The notes under the pieces were generated by a model. The model made no database searches. It worked only from the letters and a program-made list of their open reading frames with translations, and had not been told where the DNA came from. Made by a program: the position numbers and the translations under genes. Positions 14,397 to 27,075 of a DNA stretch of 64,000 bases are shown piece by piece (position 1 is the stretch's first letter; the number at the start of each line of letters is the position of its first letter). This stretch comes from the human T2T-CHM13v2.0 reference genome, Homo sapiens: NCBI GenBank assembly GCA_009914755.4, contig CP068257.2:10240001-10304000 (forward strand), read 5' to 3'.

Positions 14397-14770
14397 AATC
14401 CACTCCATTCCATTCCAATCCATTCCATTCCTTTCTATTCCATTCCACTATGAACCTCTCCACTCAACTCCACTGCATTCCAGTCCACTCCACTCAGGTC
14501 CTTTCTGTTTCTTTCCATTCCATTCCATTCCATTCCATTCCATTCCATTCCGTTCCATTTCATTCCAATCCTCTCCATTCCATTACAGTCCATTCAACTC
14601 CACTCCACTCCACTCAAATCCGCTTCACTCCACTCCACTCCGCTCCACTCAATTTCATTCCACTCCATTCCATTCCATTACACTCCATTACATTACATTC
14701 CATTGCTCTCCATACCCCTCCATTCCACTCCACTCCATTCTACTCCACTCATCTCCACTCCACTCCATTC

Positions 14771-14935
14771 CACTCCATTCCATTCCATTCCATTCCATTC
14801 CATTCCATTCCATTCCACTCCATTCCACTCCATTCCATTCCACTCCATTCCATTCCATTCCATTCCATTCCATTCCATTCCATTCCACTCCATTCCATTC
14901 CATTCCACTCCATTCCATTCCACTCCATGCCATTC
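14771..14935. repeat. Near-perfect (CATTC)n tract, about 33 units with only CACTC variants
   Basis: Direct reading of the sequence. It underlies the monotonous '[10 protein letters not shown]' ORFs at 14688..14938. Confidence 0.9.
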
Positions 14936-14982
14936 CACTCCACTCCTTTCCTTCCCATTCTACTCCATTGCATTCCAGTCCT

Positions 14983-15057
14983 TTATTTCAAATGGATCTC
15001 ACTCTGTCACCCAGAAAGGAGTGCAGTGGCACAATTTTAGCTCACCTTTCATTTCAC
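14983..15057 (-). mobile_element. Old Alu 3'-end fragment copy
   Basis: 'tttatttcaaatggatctcactctgtcacccagaaaggagtgcagtggcacaattttagctcacctttcatttcac'. Confidence 0.75.
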
Positions 15058-16381
15058 CATTCCATTCCATTCCATTCCCTTCCATTCCATTCCATTCTAC
15101 TCCACTCCATTCCATTCCACTTCACTCCATTCCACTCTACTCCCTTCCATTCCATTCCACTCCACCCCATTCCTTTCCATCCATTTGCATTCCTTTCCAT
15201 TCCACTGCACTCCAATCCACTCCACTCAACTCCTCTCCACTGCTCTCCACTCCGTTCCTTTCTTTTCCATTCCATTTCATTTCATTACTTTCCATTCCGT
15301 TACATTCCATTTCATTCCACTCCACTCCACTCCATTCCATTTCACACCATTCCACTCAACTCCCCACCACTCCACTACACTCTACTTCACTCCACTCCAT
15401 TCCTTTCCATTCCATTCCATTCCACTGCACTCGGTTTCACTCCACTCAACTCCACTCCATTCGACTCCACTCCACTCTGTTCCATTCCATTCCATTCTGT
15501 TTCATTCCATTCCACTCCTTTCCATTCCTCTCCCCTCCATATCACTCCACTCCATTTCCCTCCATTCCACTCCTTTTTACTCGACTCCTCTCCAATACAC
15601 TTTACTCCATTCCATTCCAATCCATTCCTTTCCAGTCCACTCCATTCCATTCCATTCCATTCCCCTCCATTCCACTCCATTCCACACCACTCCGTTCCAC
15701 TCCCTTACACTCCACTCCACTCCATTTCATTCCACTCCACTCCATTCTATTCCATTCCATTCCTCTCCACTACATTCCATTCAAATCCATCAAATTCCTT
15801 TCCATTCCACTGCACTGCGACCCACTCCTCTCAACTCCACTCCACTCCACTCCATTCCATTCCGTTCCACTCCATTCTGTTCCATTCAATTACATACCAC
15901 TCCACTCCTTCCATTCCACTCCATTCCACTCCACTCTACACAACTTCTCACAACTCCAGTCAATTCCACTCAATTCCACTCACTGCACTCCATTCCAGTC
16001 CATTTCATTCGATTCAAGTGCACTCCGATCCACTCCAGTGAACTCCTCTCCACTCCACCACACTCCTTTCCATTCTCTTCCATTCTGTTCCATTCCATTC
16101 CAATCCATTCAATTCCACTCCACTCCATTCCACTGCACTCCATTTCACAACATTCCACTCCATTCCATTGCACTCCACTGCATTCCACTCCATTCCACTC
16201 CACTCCATTCCCTCCCTTTCCACTGCATTCCATTCCATTCCATTAAACTCCACTCCACTCCGTTCCACTCCACTCCATTTCACTCCATTTCACTCCATTC
16301 CACTCCACTCCACTCCATTCCACTCCATTCCATTTCACTCCAACCCATTCCATTTCATTTTACTCCATACCTTTCCATTCC

Positions 16382-16457
16382 TTTATTTTGACTGGATCTA
16401 ACTTTGTCACCTAGACTGTAGTGCAGTTGCAGAATCTTAGCTCACATTTCATTTCAC
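16382..16457 (-). mobile_element. Old Alu 3'-end fragment copy (first of a 182-bp tandem pair)
   Basis: 'tttattttgactggatctaactttgtcacctagactgtagtgcagttgcagaatcttagctcacatttcatttcac'. Confidence 0.7.
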
Positions 16458-16564
16458 TATTCCATTCCATTCCATTCCATTCCATTCCATTCCACTCCAC
16501 TCCACTCCATTCCATTTCACTCCAACCCATTCCATTTCATTTTACTCCATACCTTTCCATTCCT

Positions 16565-16639
16565 TTATTTTGACTGGATCTAACTTTGTCACCCAGACTG
16601 TAGTGCAGTTGCAGAATCTTAGCTCACATTTCATTTCAC
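16565..16639 (-). mobile_element. Old Alu 3'-end fragment copy (second of a 182-bp tandem pair)
   Basis: Same sequence as the copy at 16382-16457. Confidence 0.7.
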
Positions 16640-17480
16640 TATTCCATTCCATTCCATTCCATTCCACTCCACTCCACTCCACTCCACCCCACTCCATTCC
16701 ACTCCACTCCACTCCACTTCACTCCACTCCATTGCATTCCACTCCACTCCACTCTTTTCCATTCCATTCCATTTAATTCCATTCCATTGCACTCCCATCA
16801 TCTCCACTCAGCTCCACTCCACTCCACTCCACTCCCTTCTGTTCCGTTCCATTCCATTCCATTCCATTCCATTCCATTCCTTTCCATTCCATTCCACTCC
16901 ATTCAATTCCATTCCACTCCATTCTGCTCCACTCCATTCCACTCCACTCCACTCCACTCCACTCCGTTCCATTCCATTCCTTTCCTTTCCACTACAGTCC
17001 GATCCCCTCCACTCAACTCCACTCCATTGCACTACACTCCACTCTGTTCCATTCCATTCCGTTCTGTTCAGTTCCGTTCCGTTCCGTTCCGTTGCATTCC
17101 TCTCCATTCCATTCCACTCCACTCCATTTAACTCCACTCCTTTTCACTCCATTCTAATCCATTCGTTTCCATTCCACACCACTCCTTTCCATTCCATTCC
17201 ACTAAATTCCATTCCATTCCTTTCCAAACCACTCCACTTCATTCCACTCCACTCCACTCCATTCCTCTTCAATCCATTCCACTCTACTCCACTCCATTCC
17301 ACGCTATTCCATTCCGTTCCACTCCATTCCATTTCATTCCATTCCACTCCATTCCACTCGATTCGACTCCACTCCATTCCAATGCACTCCACTCCATTCC
17401 ACTCCATTCCATTCCACTTCACTCCATTACATTCCACTTCACTCCATTCCATTCCATCCAACTACATGCCATTCCGTTCT

Positions 17481-17556
17481 CTTATTTAGACTGAATCTCA
17501 CTCTGTCACCCAGACTGGAGTGCAGTGGCAGAATCTTAGATCACATTTCATTTAAC
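17481..17556 (-). mobile_element. Old Alu 3'-end fragment copy
   Basis: 'cttatttagactgaatctcactctgtcacccagactggagtgcagtggcagaatcttagatcacatttcatttaac'. Confidence 0.75.
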
Positions 17557-18037
17557 CATTCCATTCCAATCCATTCCATTCGACTCCATTCCATTCCATT
17601 CCACACCACTCCATTCCACTCCACTCCACTCCATTCCATTCCACTGCACTCCATTCCATTCCTTTCCATTCCATTCCACTGCACTCAGATCAGCTCCACT
17701 CAACTCCACTGCACTCCATTCCACTCCATTCCTATCTGTTGCATTCCTTTCCATTCCATTCCATTCCATTCAATTCCACTCCACTCCATTCCATTCTTCT
17801 CCATTCTACTCCATTCCACTCCTCTCCACTGCACTCCACTCCACTTCATTCCATTCCATTCCATTCCACTCCATTCCATTCCATTCCACTCCATTCCACT
17901 CCATTCTACTCCATTCCTTTCCATTCTATTCCTGTCCTTTCCACTACACTCCATTCCACTCCACTCTACTCCATTCCCCTCCATTCCATTCCACTCCAAT
18001 CCATTCCATTACATTCCACTGCATTCCATTCTATTCC

Positions 18038-18112
18038 TTTATTTCTATTGGATCTCACTCTGTCACCAAGACTGCAGTGCAGTGGCAAAATCTTAGCTCA
18101 CATTACATTTCA
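18038..18112 (-). mobile_element. Old Alu 3'-end fragment copy (first of a ~157-bp tandem pair)
   Basis: 'tttatttctattggatctcactctgtcaccaagactgcagtgcagtggcaaaatcttagctcacattacatttcac'. Confidence 0.75.
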
Positions 18113-18194
18113 CCCTTGCATTCCATTCCATTCCTTTCCATTCCATTCCACTCCAATCCATTCCATTACATTCCACTCCATTCCATTCTATTCC

Positions 18195-18270
18195 TTTATT
18201 TCTATTGGATCTCGCTCTGTCACCAAGACTGCAGTGCAGTGGTAAAATCTTAGCTCACATTTCATTTCAC
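18195..18270 (-). mobile_element. Old Alu 3'-end fragment copy (second of a ~157-bp tandem pair)
   Basis: Near-identical to the copy at 18038-18112. Confidence 0.75.
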
Positions 18271-19330
18271 CCTTGCATTCCATTCCATTCCTTTCCATTC
18301 CATTCCAGTCCACTCCACTCCAATCCATTCCATTCCACTCCACTCCATTCTATTCCTTTCCATTCCATTTCATTCCATTCCACTGCACTCCCATCTTCTC
18401 CACTCAACTCCACTCCACTCCCTTCTGTTCCATTCCATTCCATTCTTTTCCATTCCTTTCCGTTCCATTCCATTCCACTTCGCTCCATTCCATTCCACTC
18501 CACTCTTCTCCACTCCATTCCACTCCACTCCACTGCACTCCGTTCCATTCCATTCCATTCCATTCCATTCCACTACAGTCCGATCCCCTCCACTCACCTC
18601 TACTCCACTGCACTACACTCCACTCCGCTCGATTCCGTTCTGTTCCATTCAGTTCTGCTCTGTTCCATGCCGTTGCATTCCACTCCATTCCATTCCACTC
18701 CATTCTATTGCACTTCATTCCAATCCATTCCTTTCCACTCCATTCCACTCCATTGCATTCCATTCCACTCCACTCCATTCCACTCCACTCCACTCCATTT
18801 TACTCCACTCCGTTCCAACTCACTCCTCTCCATTTCACTCCATTCCACTCCCTTCCACCCCATTCCTCTCCACGCCAATTTGTTCCATTCCAATCAATTC
18901 CATTCCATTTCACTCCATTCAACTCCATTCCACTCCATTCCAATCCACTCGATTCCACTCAACTCCATTTCACTCCACTCCACTCTGTTACTTTCCATTG
19001 CATTCCTCTCCACTCCATTGCATTCCATTGCATTCCCCTCCATTACATTGCATTCCCTTCCATTGCAGTTCATTCCACTCCATTCCACTCTATTACACTC
19101 CACTACACTCCACTCCATTACACTCCACTCCATTCCATTAAACTCCATTCCATTCCACTACATTCCATTCCACTCCATTCCTTTCCACTACATTCCTTTC
19201 CATTCCATTCCACTCCATTCCACTCCACTCCATTCCACTCCACTCCATTCCAGTCCACTCCACTCCATTCCACTTCATTCCATTCCACTCCACTCCATTT
19301 CATTCCATTCTACTCCATTCCATTTCTTTC

Positions 19331-19407
19331 CTTAATTTCTGCTGGATCTCACTCTGTCAGCCAGACTGGAATGCAGTGCCACAATCTTATCTCACATTTC
19401 ATTTCAC
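19331..19407 (-). mobile_element. Old Alu 3'-end fragment copy
   Basis: 'cttaatttctgctggatctcactctgtcagccagactggaatgcagtgccacaatcttatctcacatttcatttcac'. Confidence 0.75.
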
Positions 19408-20166
19408 CATTCCATTCCATTCCATTCAACTGCATTCCATTCCATTTCATTCCACTCCACTCCACTCCATTCGACTCCAATCCACTCCACTCCATTCCAT
19501 TCCACTCCACTCCAAACCACTCAGTTCCTTTGCACTGCATGCCATTCCATTCCATTCCATTTCATTCCTTTCCACTGCCCTCCGATCCACTCCACTCAAC
19601 TCCCCTCTACTGCACTCCACTCCATTCCGTTCCATTCCAATCCATTCCATTCCATTCTATTCCATTACGTTCTATTTCTTTCCATTCCACTCCACTCCCC
19701 TCCATTCCACTCGACTGCACTCCACTTCACTGCACTCCGCTTCACTCCATTTCATTCCATTCCATTCCATTCCACTGCACTCAGATCCACTCCACTCAAA
19801 TCCACTCCGCTGCACTCCACTCCAAATCTTTCCATTCATTTCTGTTCTGTTCCTTTTTTTTCCATTCCACTTCATTCCATTCCACTCCACTCCATTCCAC
19901 TCCACTCAATTTCACTCAATTCAACTCCATTCCACTCCAATCCACTCCACTCCACTACACTGCACTCTATTCCTTTCAACTCCGTTCCATTCCACTTCAT
20001 ACCATTCCATTGCATTCCACTACATTCTATTCCATTCCACAACATTCCGCTCCTTTACACTCCACTCCATTCCACTCAACTCCATTCCACTCCACAACAA
20101 TCCATTCCTCTCCATTCCATTCCACTTCTCTTCAATCCATTATATTCTACTCCATTCCATTCCATT

Positions 20167-20244
20167 CTTTTATTTCGAATGGATCTCGCTCTGCTACACA
20201 GACAGGAGTGCAGTTAAACAGTCTTAGCTCACTTTTCATTTCAT
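20167..20244 (-). mobile_element. Old Alu 3'-end fragment copy (diverged)
   Basis: 'ttttatttcgaatggatctcgctctgctacacagacaggagtgcagttaaacagtcttagctcacttttcatttcatc'. Confidence 0.7.
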
Positions 20245-22924
20245 CGATCCATTCCATTCCATTCCATTCAATTGTACTCCATTCCACTGCATTCTGATCC
20301 GCTCCAATAAACTCCACTCCACTCAACTCCGTTCCATTTTATTCCATTCCATTCCACTCCACTCCAATGCATTCCATTCCACTCCATTGTAATCCAATCA
20401 ACTCCACTCCACTATATTCCATTCCAATCCACTCCTCTCCAATCAACACCACTACCCTCCACTCCACTCCAATCCGGTCCATTTCGTTCCATTCCCTTCC
20501 AACCCATTCCAATACTTTCCACTCCATTCCACTCCACTCCTTTCCATTCCCCTTCATTCCACTTCTTTCCACTCCACTCTATTCCACTCCACTCCACTCC
20601 ATTCCACTGAACTCCACTCCACTCAACTCCGTTGCATTCACTTCCATTCCATTTGATTCCGTTCCATTTCACTCCATTCCATTCCACTCCACTCCATTCC
20701 ATTCCTCTCCATTCCATTCCACTCCACTCCATTTCACTCCATTCCACTCGATTCCACTCCAATCCACTCCATTCCTTTCCATTCCATTCCATTCCACTCC
20801 ATTCCATTCTATTTCTTTCCACTCCATTCCACTCTTGTCCACCGCACTCCATTCCACTCCACTCTATTCTACTCCACTCCATTCCACTCCATTCCATTCC
20901 ATTCCACCCCATTCCGTTTCATTCCACTCCATTCTATTCCATGCCACTAGATTCCATTACATTCCACTCCACTGCCCTCCAATACATTCCACTCCACTCC
21001 ATTCCTTTCCACTACAATCCACTCCACTCCACTCCATTCTTTTCCATTCCCTTCCGTTCCATTTCATTCCATTCCATTCCATTCCGTTCCGTTCCGTTCC
21101 ATTCCATTCCATTCCATTCCATTCCCCTGCACTCCGATACACTTCACTCAATTCTAATCCACTCAACTCCACTCAGTTCCGTTCCCTTCCATTCCTTTCC
21201 ACTTCGTTCCATTCCACTCCATTCCATTCCATTCCACTAAACTCCATTCCACTCAACTCCATTCCCTTCACTCCACTCCACTCCGCAAAACTCCACTCCA
21301 CTCCATTCCACTCCACTCTGTTCCAGTCCATTCCACTCCACTCCACTCCACTCTGTTCCACTCCATTCCACTCCATTCCACTCCACTTCACTCCACTCCA
21401 CTCTACTCCAATTCGTTCCATTCAGTTCCTTTCCTATCTATTCCATTTGGTTCCGTTCCATTCCACTCCTTTCCATTCCAATCCACTCCATGCCACTCCA
21501 CTCCATTTCATCCATTTCACTCCACTCCACTCCATTCCACTCCACTCCATTGCATTCCACTTCATTCCATTCCATTCCACTCCACTCCATTCCATTCCAT
21601 TCCGTTCCAATCCATTCCACTGCACTCTGATCCACTGCCATCAACTCCACTCCACTTCACTCCACTCCGTTGCATTCCGTTTCATTCCATTCCATTGCAT
21701 TCCATTTCATTGAATTCCATTCCATTCAATTCCATTCCACTACACTCTGATCCACTCCACTCAACTTCAATCCACTCCACTCCACCCCAATACCATTCCA
21801 TTCTGTTCCATACCACTCCATTCCATTCCATTCCACACCACTCCATTCTATTCCATTTCACTCCTTTCCATTTCATTCCACTCCATTCCATTCCATTCAA
21901 CTGGATTCCATTGCATTCCACTCCACTACAATCTATTGTACTCCACTGCATTTCATTCCATTCCACTACACTACACTACTCTACACTGTACTCCATTCCA
22001 TTCCATTCCACTCCACTCCCTTCCATTACATTCCATTTGATTCCATTCCATTCCATTCCATTCCGTTGCATTCCACTGCATTCCTGTCCATTCCATTCCA
22101 TTCCTTTCCACTCCATTCCATTCCAATCCACTCCACTCCAGTGCATTCCGTTCCACTCCACTCCATTCCGTTCCACTCCACGTCATTCCATTCCATTCCA
22201 TTCCATTCCATTCCTTTCCATTCCATTCCATTCCGTTCCATTCTATTCCACTCCACTCCATTCCATTCCATTCCAACAAATTCCATTCCATTCCACACCA
22301 TCCACTCCACTCCAATCCACTCCACTCCACTCCACTCCATTCCATTCCATTCCGTTCTATTCCATTCCACTCCACTCCACTCCACTCCATTCCATTCCAT
22401 TCCATTCCATTCCACTACACTCCTATCCACTGCACTCAACTCCACTCCATTCCACTCCACTCCATTCTATTCCATTCCATTCCATGCCATTCCATTTCAT
22501 TCCATTTCGTTCTGTTCCATTACATTCCATTCCACTCCACTCCATTCCTTCCTTCTCCATTCCACTCCAATCCACTCCACTCCACTCCACTCCACTCCAC
22601 TCCAATCCATTCCATTCCGTTCCATTCCATTCTGTTCTATTCCATTCCTTTCCACTGCATTCCATTCCACTCCACTCCATTCCACTTCACTCCCTTCCAC
22701 TCAATTCCTCTCCATTCCATTCTACTCCACCCCAATCCATTCCATTTCTCTCCTACATTCCATTCCATTCCACTCCACTTCATTCCACCCCACCCCATTC
22801 CATTCCACTCAACTCCACTCTATTCCACTCCTCTCCACTCCAATTCTCTCCACTCCATTCCATTTAACTCCATTCCATTCCATTCCATTCTCTCTATTCC
22901 ATTCCATTCCACTCCACTCCATTC

Positions 22925-23420
22925 CATTCCATTCCACTCGATTCCACTCCACACCACTCCATTCCACTTAATTCCATTCCACTCCACTCCATTCCATTCT
23001 ATTACATTCCATTCCATTCCACTCCGCTCCACTCCATTCCAGTCCAGTCCTCTCCATTCCATTACATTCTATTCCATTCCAACCCACTCTGTTCCATTCC
23101 ATTGCATTCCATTCCATTTCACTGCACTCCGATCCGCTCCACTCAACTCCGCTCTACTCCATTCCATTCCACTCCACTCCATTCCATTCCATTCCACTCG
23201 ATTCCACTCCACACCACTCCATTCCACTCAATTCCATTCCACTCCACTCCATTCCATTCTATTACATTCCATTCCATTCCACTCCGCTCCACTCCACTCC
23301 AGTCCAGTCCTCTCCATTCCATTACATTCTATTCCATTCCAACCCACTCCGTTCCATTCCATTGCATTCCATTCCATTTCACTGCACTCTGATCCGCTCC
23401 ACTCAACTCCGCTCTACTCC
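22925..23420. repeat. Local tandem duplication, 2 copies of a ~240-bp unit
   Basis: 'ccattccactcgattccactccacaccactccattccact(t/c)aattccattccactccactccattccattctattacattcc...ccatttcactgcactc(c/t)gatccgctccactcaactccgctctactcc' starts at ~22925 and again at ~23165. Confidence 0.8.
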
Positions 23421-23950
23421 ACTCCACTCCATTTCATTCCATTCCATGTCACACCACTCAATTCCATTCCATTCCATTCCATTCAATTCCACTGCACTCT
23501 GATCCACTCCACTCAATTCCACTCCACTCCACTCCACTCCGTTCCTTTCCGTTCCATTCCATTCCACTCCATTCCATTCCAGTCAGTTCCATTCCATTCC
23601 ATTCCATGACACTCCTTTCCATTCAACTTCATTGCACTCCATTCCACACCACTCCACTCCAATTCACTCCGTTCTATTCTGTTCCATCACATTCCATTCT
23701 GTTCCGTTCCATTCCACTCCATTCCATTCCACTACACTCCATTCCACTCCAATCAATTTCACTCCATTCCACTCCATTCAACTCCAATCCTCTCCACTCC
23801 ACTCCACTCAGTACCTTTCCACTCCATTCCATTCAATTCTACTCCATTCTATTCCATTGTGTTCTGCTCCATTCCACTCCACCCCTCTCCATTCCACTCC
23901 ACTGCGTTCCACTCCATTCCATTCCATTTCACTCCTTTCCATTCCATTCC

Positions 23951-24026
23951 TTTGTTTCGAAAGGATAGCACACTTTCTACCAGACTGGAGTGCAGTGGCA
24001 CAATGTTATCTCACATTTCATTTCAC
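23951..24026 (-). mobile_element. Old Alu 3'-end fragment copy (diverged)
   Basis: 'tttgtttcgaaaggatagcacactttctaccagactggagtgcagtggcacaatgttatctcacatttcatttcac'. Confidence 0.7.
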
Positions 24027-25514
24027 CATTCCATTCATTCCAATCCATTCCATTCCCTTCCACTCCAATCCCCTCCACTCCATTCCAATACATTCCATTC
24101 CATTCCACTCAACTCCATTCCATTCCATTCCATTCTACTGCACTCCGATCCACTCAAGTCTACTCCACTCCACCCCACTCCACTCCATTTCGTTCCTTTC
24201 CATTCCATTGCATCCCATTCCATTGCATTCAGTTCCATTCCATTCCATTCAATTCCACTAAACTCCATTCCATTCCACTCCATTCCACTCCACTCCATTC
24301 CACTAAATTTCATTCCATTCCACTGCACTCCTCTCCACTCAACTCTACTCCACTTCACTCCATTCTGTTCCAATCCATTCCATTCCTTTCCATTCCATTC
24401 CATTCCACTCCATTCCATTCCACTATACTCCATTTTACTCCATTCCACTCAACTCCACTCCACTCCACTCAACTCCACTCCACTCCACTACACTCTACTG
24501 CATTCCAGTCAACTCCACTCCATTCCATGCCACTCCATTCCATTCCACTCCACTCTGCTCCATTCCATTCCACTCCATTCCACTCCACTCCTCTCCACTC
24601 CATTCCATTCCACTCCACTCCAATCCACTCCACTCCTTTAAACTCCATTCCATTCCAATCCACTCCTCTCCCTTCCATTCCATTGCATTCCATTGCATTC
24701 CTTTCCATTCCACTACATTCCATTCCATTCCACTGCACTCCCATCCAATCCACTCAACTCCACTCCACTCCGTCTGTTTCCTGCAATTCCATTCCGTTGC
24801 ATTCCATTCCATTCCATTCCTTTACTTTCTGTTCCACTAGACTCCATTCCATTCCATTCCACTCCACTTCACCCCACTCCATTCCATTCCACGCCACTCC
24901 ATTCCATTACACTCTGATCCACTCAACTCAACTCCACTCCACTCCTGTCCACTCCACTCCATTCCGTTCTGTTCCATTCCATTACTTTCAATTCCTTTCC
25001 ATTCCGTTGCATTCCATTCTATTCCAGTCCAGTCCAGTCCACTCCACTCCGCTCCACTCCACGCCACTCCATTCCAGTCTTCTACAATCCACTCTACTCT
25101 GCTTCGTTCCATTTCTTTCCATTGTGCTCTGTTCCATTCTGTTCCATTCCACACCATTCCATTCCACTCCACTCCATTCCACTCCACTCCATTCCACTCC
25201 ACTCTATTCCACTCCACTCCATTCCATTACATTGCATTCCATTCCTTGCACTTCGATGCACTCCAAACAAATCCACTGCACTCCACTCTACTCTGTTCCA
25301 CTCAGTTCTGTTGTGTTCCATTCCGTACTGTTCCATTCCACTCCATTTCACTCCTTTCCACTTCATTCCATTCCATTCCATGCCACTCCATTCCACTCCA
25401 TTCCACTCGTCTCGATTCCACTCCACTCCATTCCACTCCACTCTACACCATTCCACTCCATTCTATTCCTCTCTGCTCCTTTCCATTTCATTCCACTCCA
25501 TTCCATTCCATTCC

Positions 25515-25589
25515 TTTATTTCGACTGGTTCTCCCTCTTTCACCCAGACAGGAGTGCAGTTGCACTATCTTAGCTCACATTTCATTTAC
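25515..25589 (-). mobile_element. Old Alu 3'-end fragment copy
   Basis: 'tttatttcgactggttctccctctttcacccagacaggagtgcagttgcactatcttagctcacatttcatttac'. Confidence 0.7.
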
Positions 25590-26997
25590 ACATTCCATTC
25601 CATTCCATTCCATTTCACTCCACTCCACTCCACCCCACTGTTCCATTCCCCGCCACCTCATTCCATTCCACTCCACCCCACTCCATTCCACTCCACTCCA
25701 CTCCATTCCACTCAACTCCTCTCCATACCACTAAACTCCACTCCATTCCATTTCACTCCACTCTATTCCATTCCACTTCACTCCTTTCCATTCCATTCCC
25801 CTCCACTCCATTCAATTCCACTCCACTCCATTTAATCCCATTCTGTTCCATTTCATTCCACTCCACTCTTCTTCATTCCATTCCATTCCATTCCATTCCA
25901 TTCCATTCCATTCCATTTCACTGTACTCCGTTGCACTGTACTCGACTCAGCTCCATTCCACTCCACTCCGTTCCCCTCCATTGCATTCCGTTCCTTTTCA
26001 TTCCATTCCATTCCATTCCATTGCATTCCGTTCCTTTCCATTCCATTCCATTCCGTTCCATTCCATTCCATTCCATTCCACTCCATTCCGTTCCACTCCA
26101 TTCCACTCCACTCCACTCCACTCTGTTCCTTTCAATTCCATTACATTTTGTTCCATTCCGTTCCACTCTATTCTACTCCACTCCACTCTGTTCCATTCAA
26201 TTCCATTACATTCTGTTTTATTCCATTTGATTCCACTCCATTCAATTCCACTCCACTCCATTCCACTCCACTCCTTTTCACACCATTGCACTCTATTCCA
26301 ATCCACACCATTCCACTCCACTCCATTCCATTCTATTCCGTTCAACTGCACTCCATTCCATTCCATTCCATTGCATTGCATTCCATTGCATTCCACTGCA
26401 CTCTGTTCCACTGCTCTCAAGTCCACTCCACTCCAATCCATTGCACTCCGTTACATACCGTTCCATTCCATTCCATTCCTCTCCATTCTGTTCCATTCCA
26501 TTACATTATTTTCCACTCCAATCCATTCCACTCCATTCCACTCCATACCACTCCATTGCACTACAACCCATTCCTCTCCATTCCATTCCATTCCACTGCA
26601 CCCCGATCCATTCCATTCCACTCCAATCCACTCCACTCCACTCCATTCTGTTCTATTCCATTCCATTCTGTACCGTTCCATTCCACTCCATTCCACTCCA
26701 CTCCACTTCACTCCACTCCACTCCACGCCACCTCTCTCCACTCTATTCCACTCCATTCCAAGCCTATCCGCTCCATTGCTTTCCATTCCTTTCCACTCCA
26801 TTCCATCCCATTCCACTGCACTCCATTCCACTCCACTCCATTTCACTCCATTCCTCTTCATTCCACTCCATTCCATTCCATTCCTCTCCATTCCGTTCCA
26901 TTCCACTCCACTAAATTCCACTCCCCAAAACTCCATTCCACTCCATTTCATTCCACTCCACTGCATTCCATTACATTTTAATCCATTCCTTTCCTTC

Positions 26998-27075
26998 CTT
27001 TAATTTCGACTGTATCTCACTCTCTCACCCAGACTTGAGTGCAGTGGCACAATCTTAGCTCACATTTCATGTCAC
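26998..27075 (-). mobile_element. Old Alu 3'-end fragment copy
   Basis: 'ctttaatttcgactgtatctcactctctcacccagacttgagtgcagtggcacaatcttagctcacatttcatgtcac'. Confidence 0.75.

Larger units (their letters stand above)
16321..16690. repeat. Local tandem duplication, 2 copies of a ~182-bp unit (includes an Alu-fragment copy)
   Basis: 'cactccattccatttcactccaacccattccatttcattttactccatacctttccattcctttattttgactggatcta...' starts at 16321 and again at 16503. The copies differ by two ATTCC units. Confidence 0.8.
18031..18345. repeat. Local tandem duplication, 2 copies of a ~157-bp unit (includes an Alu-fragment copy)
   Basis: 'ctattcctttatttctattggatctc...cacccttgcattccattccattcctttccattcc' starts at 18031 and again at 18188. 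Confidence 0.8.
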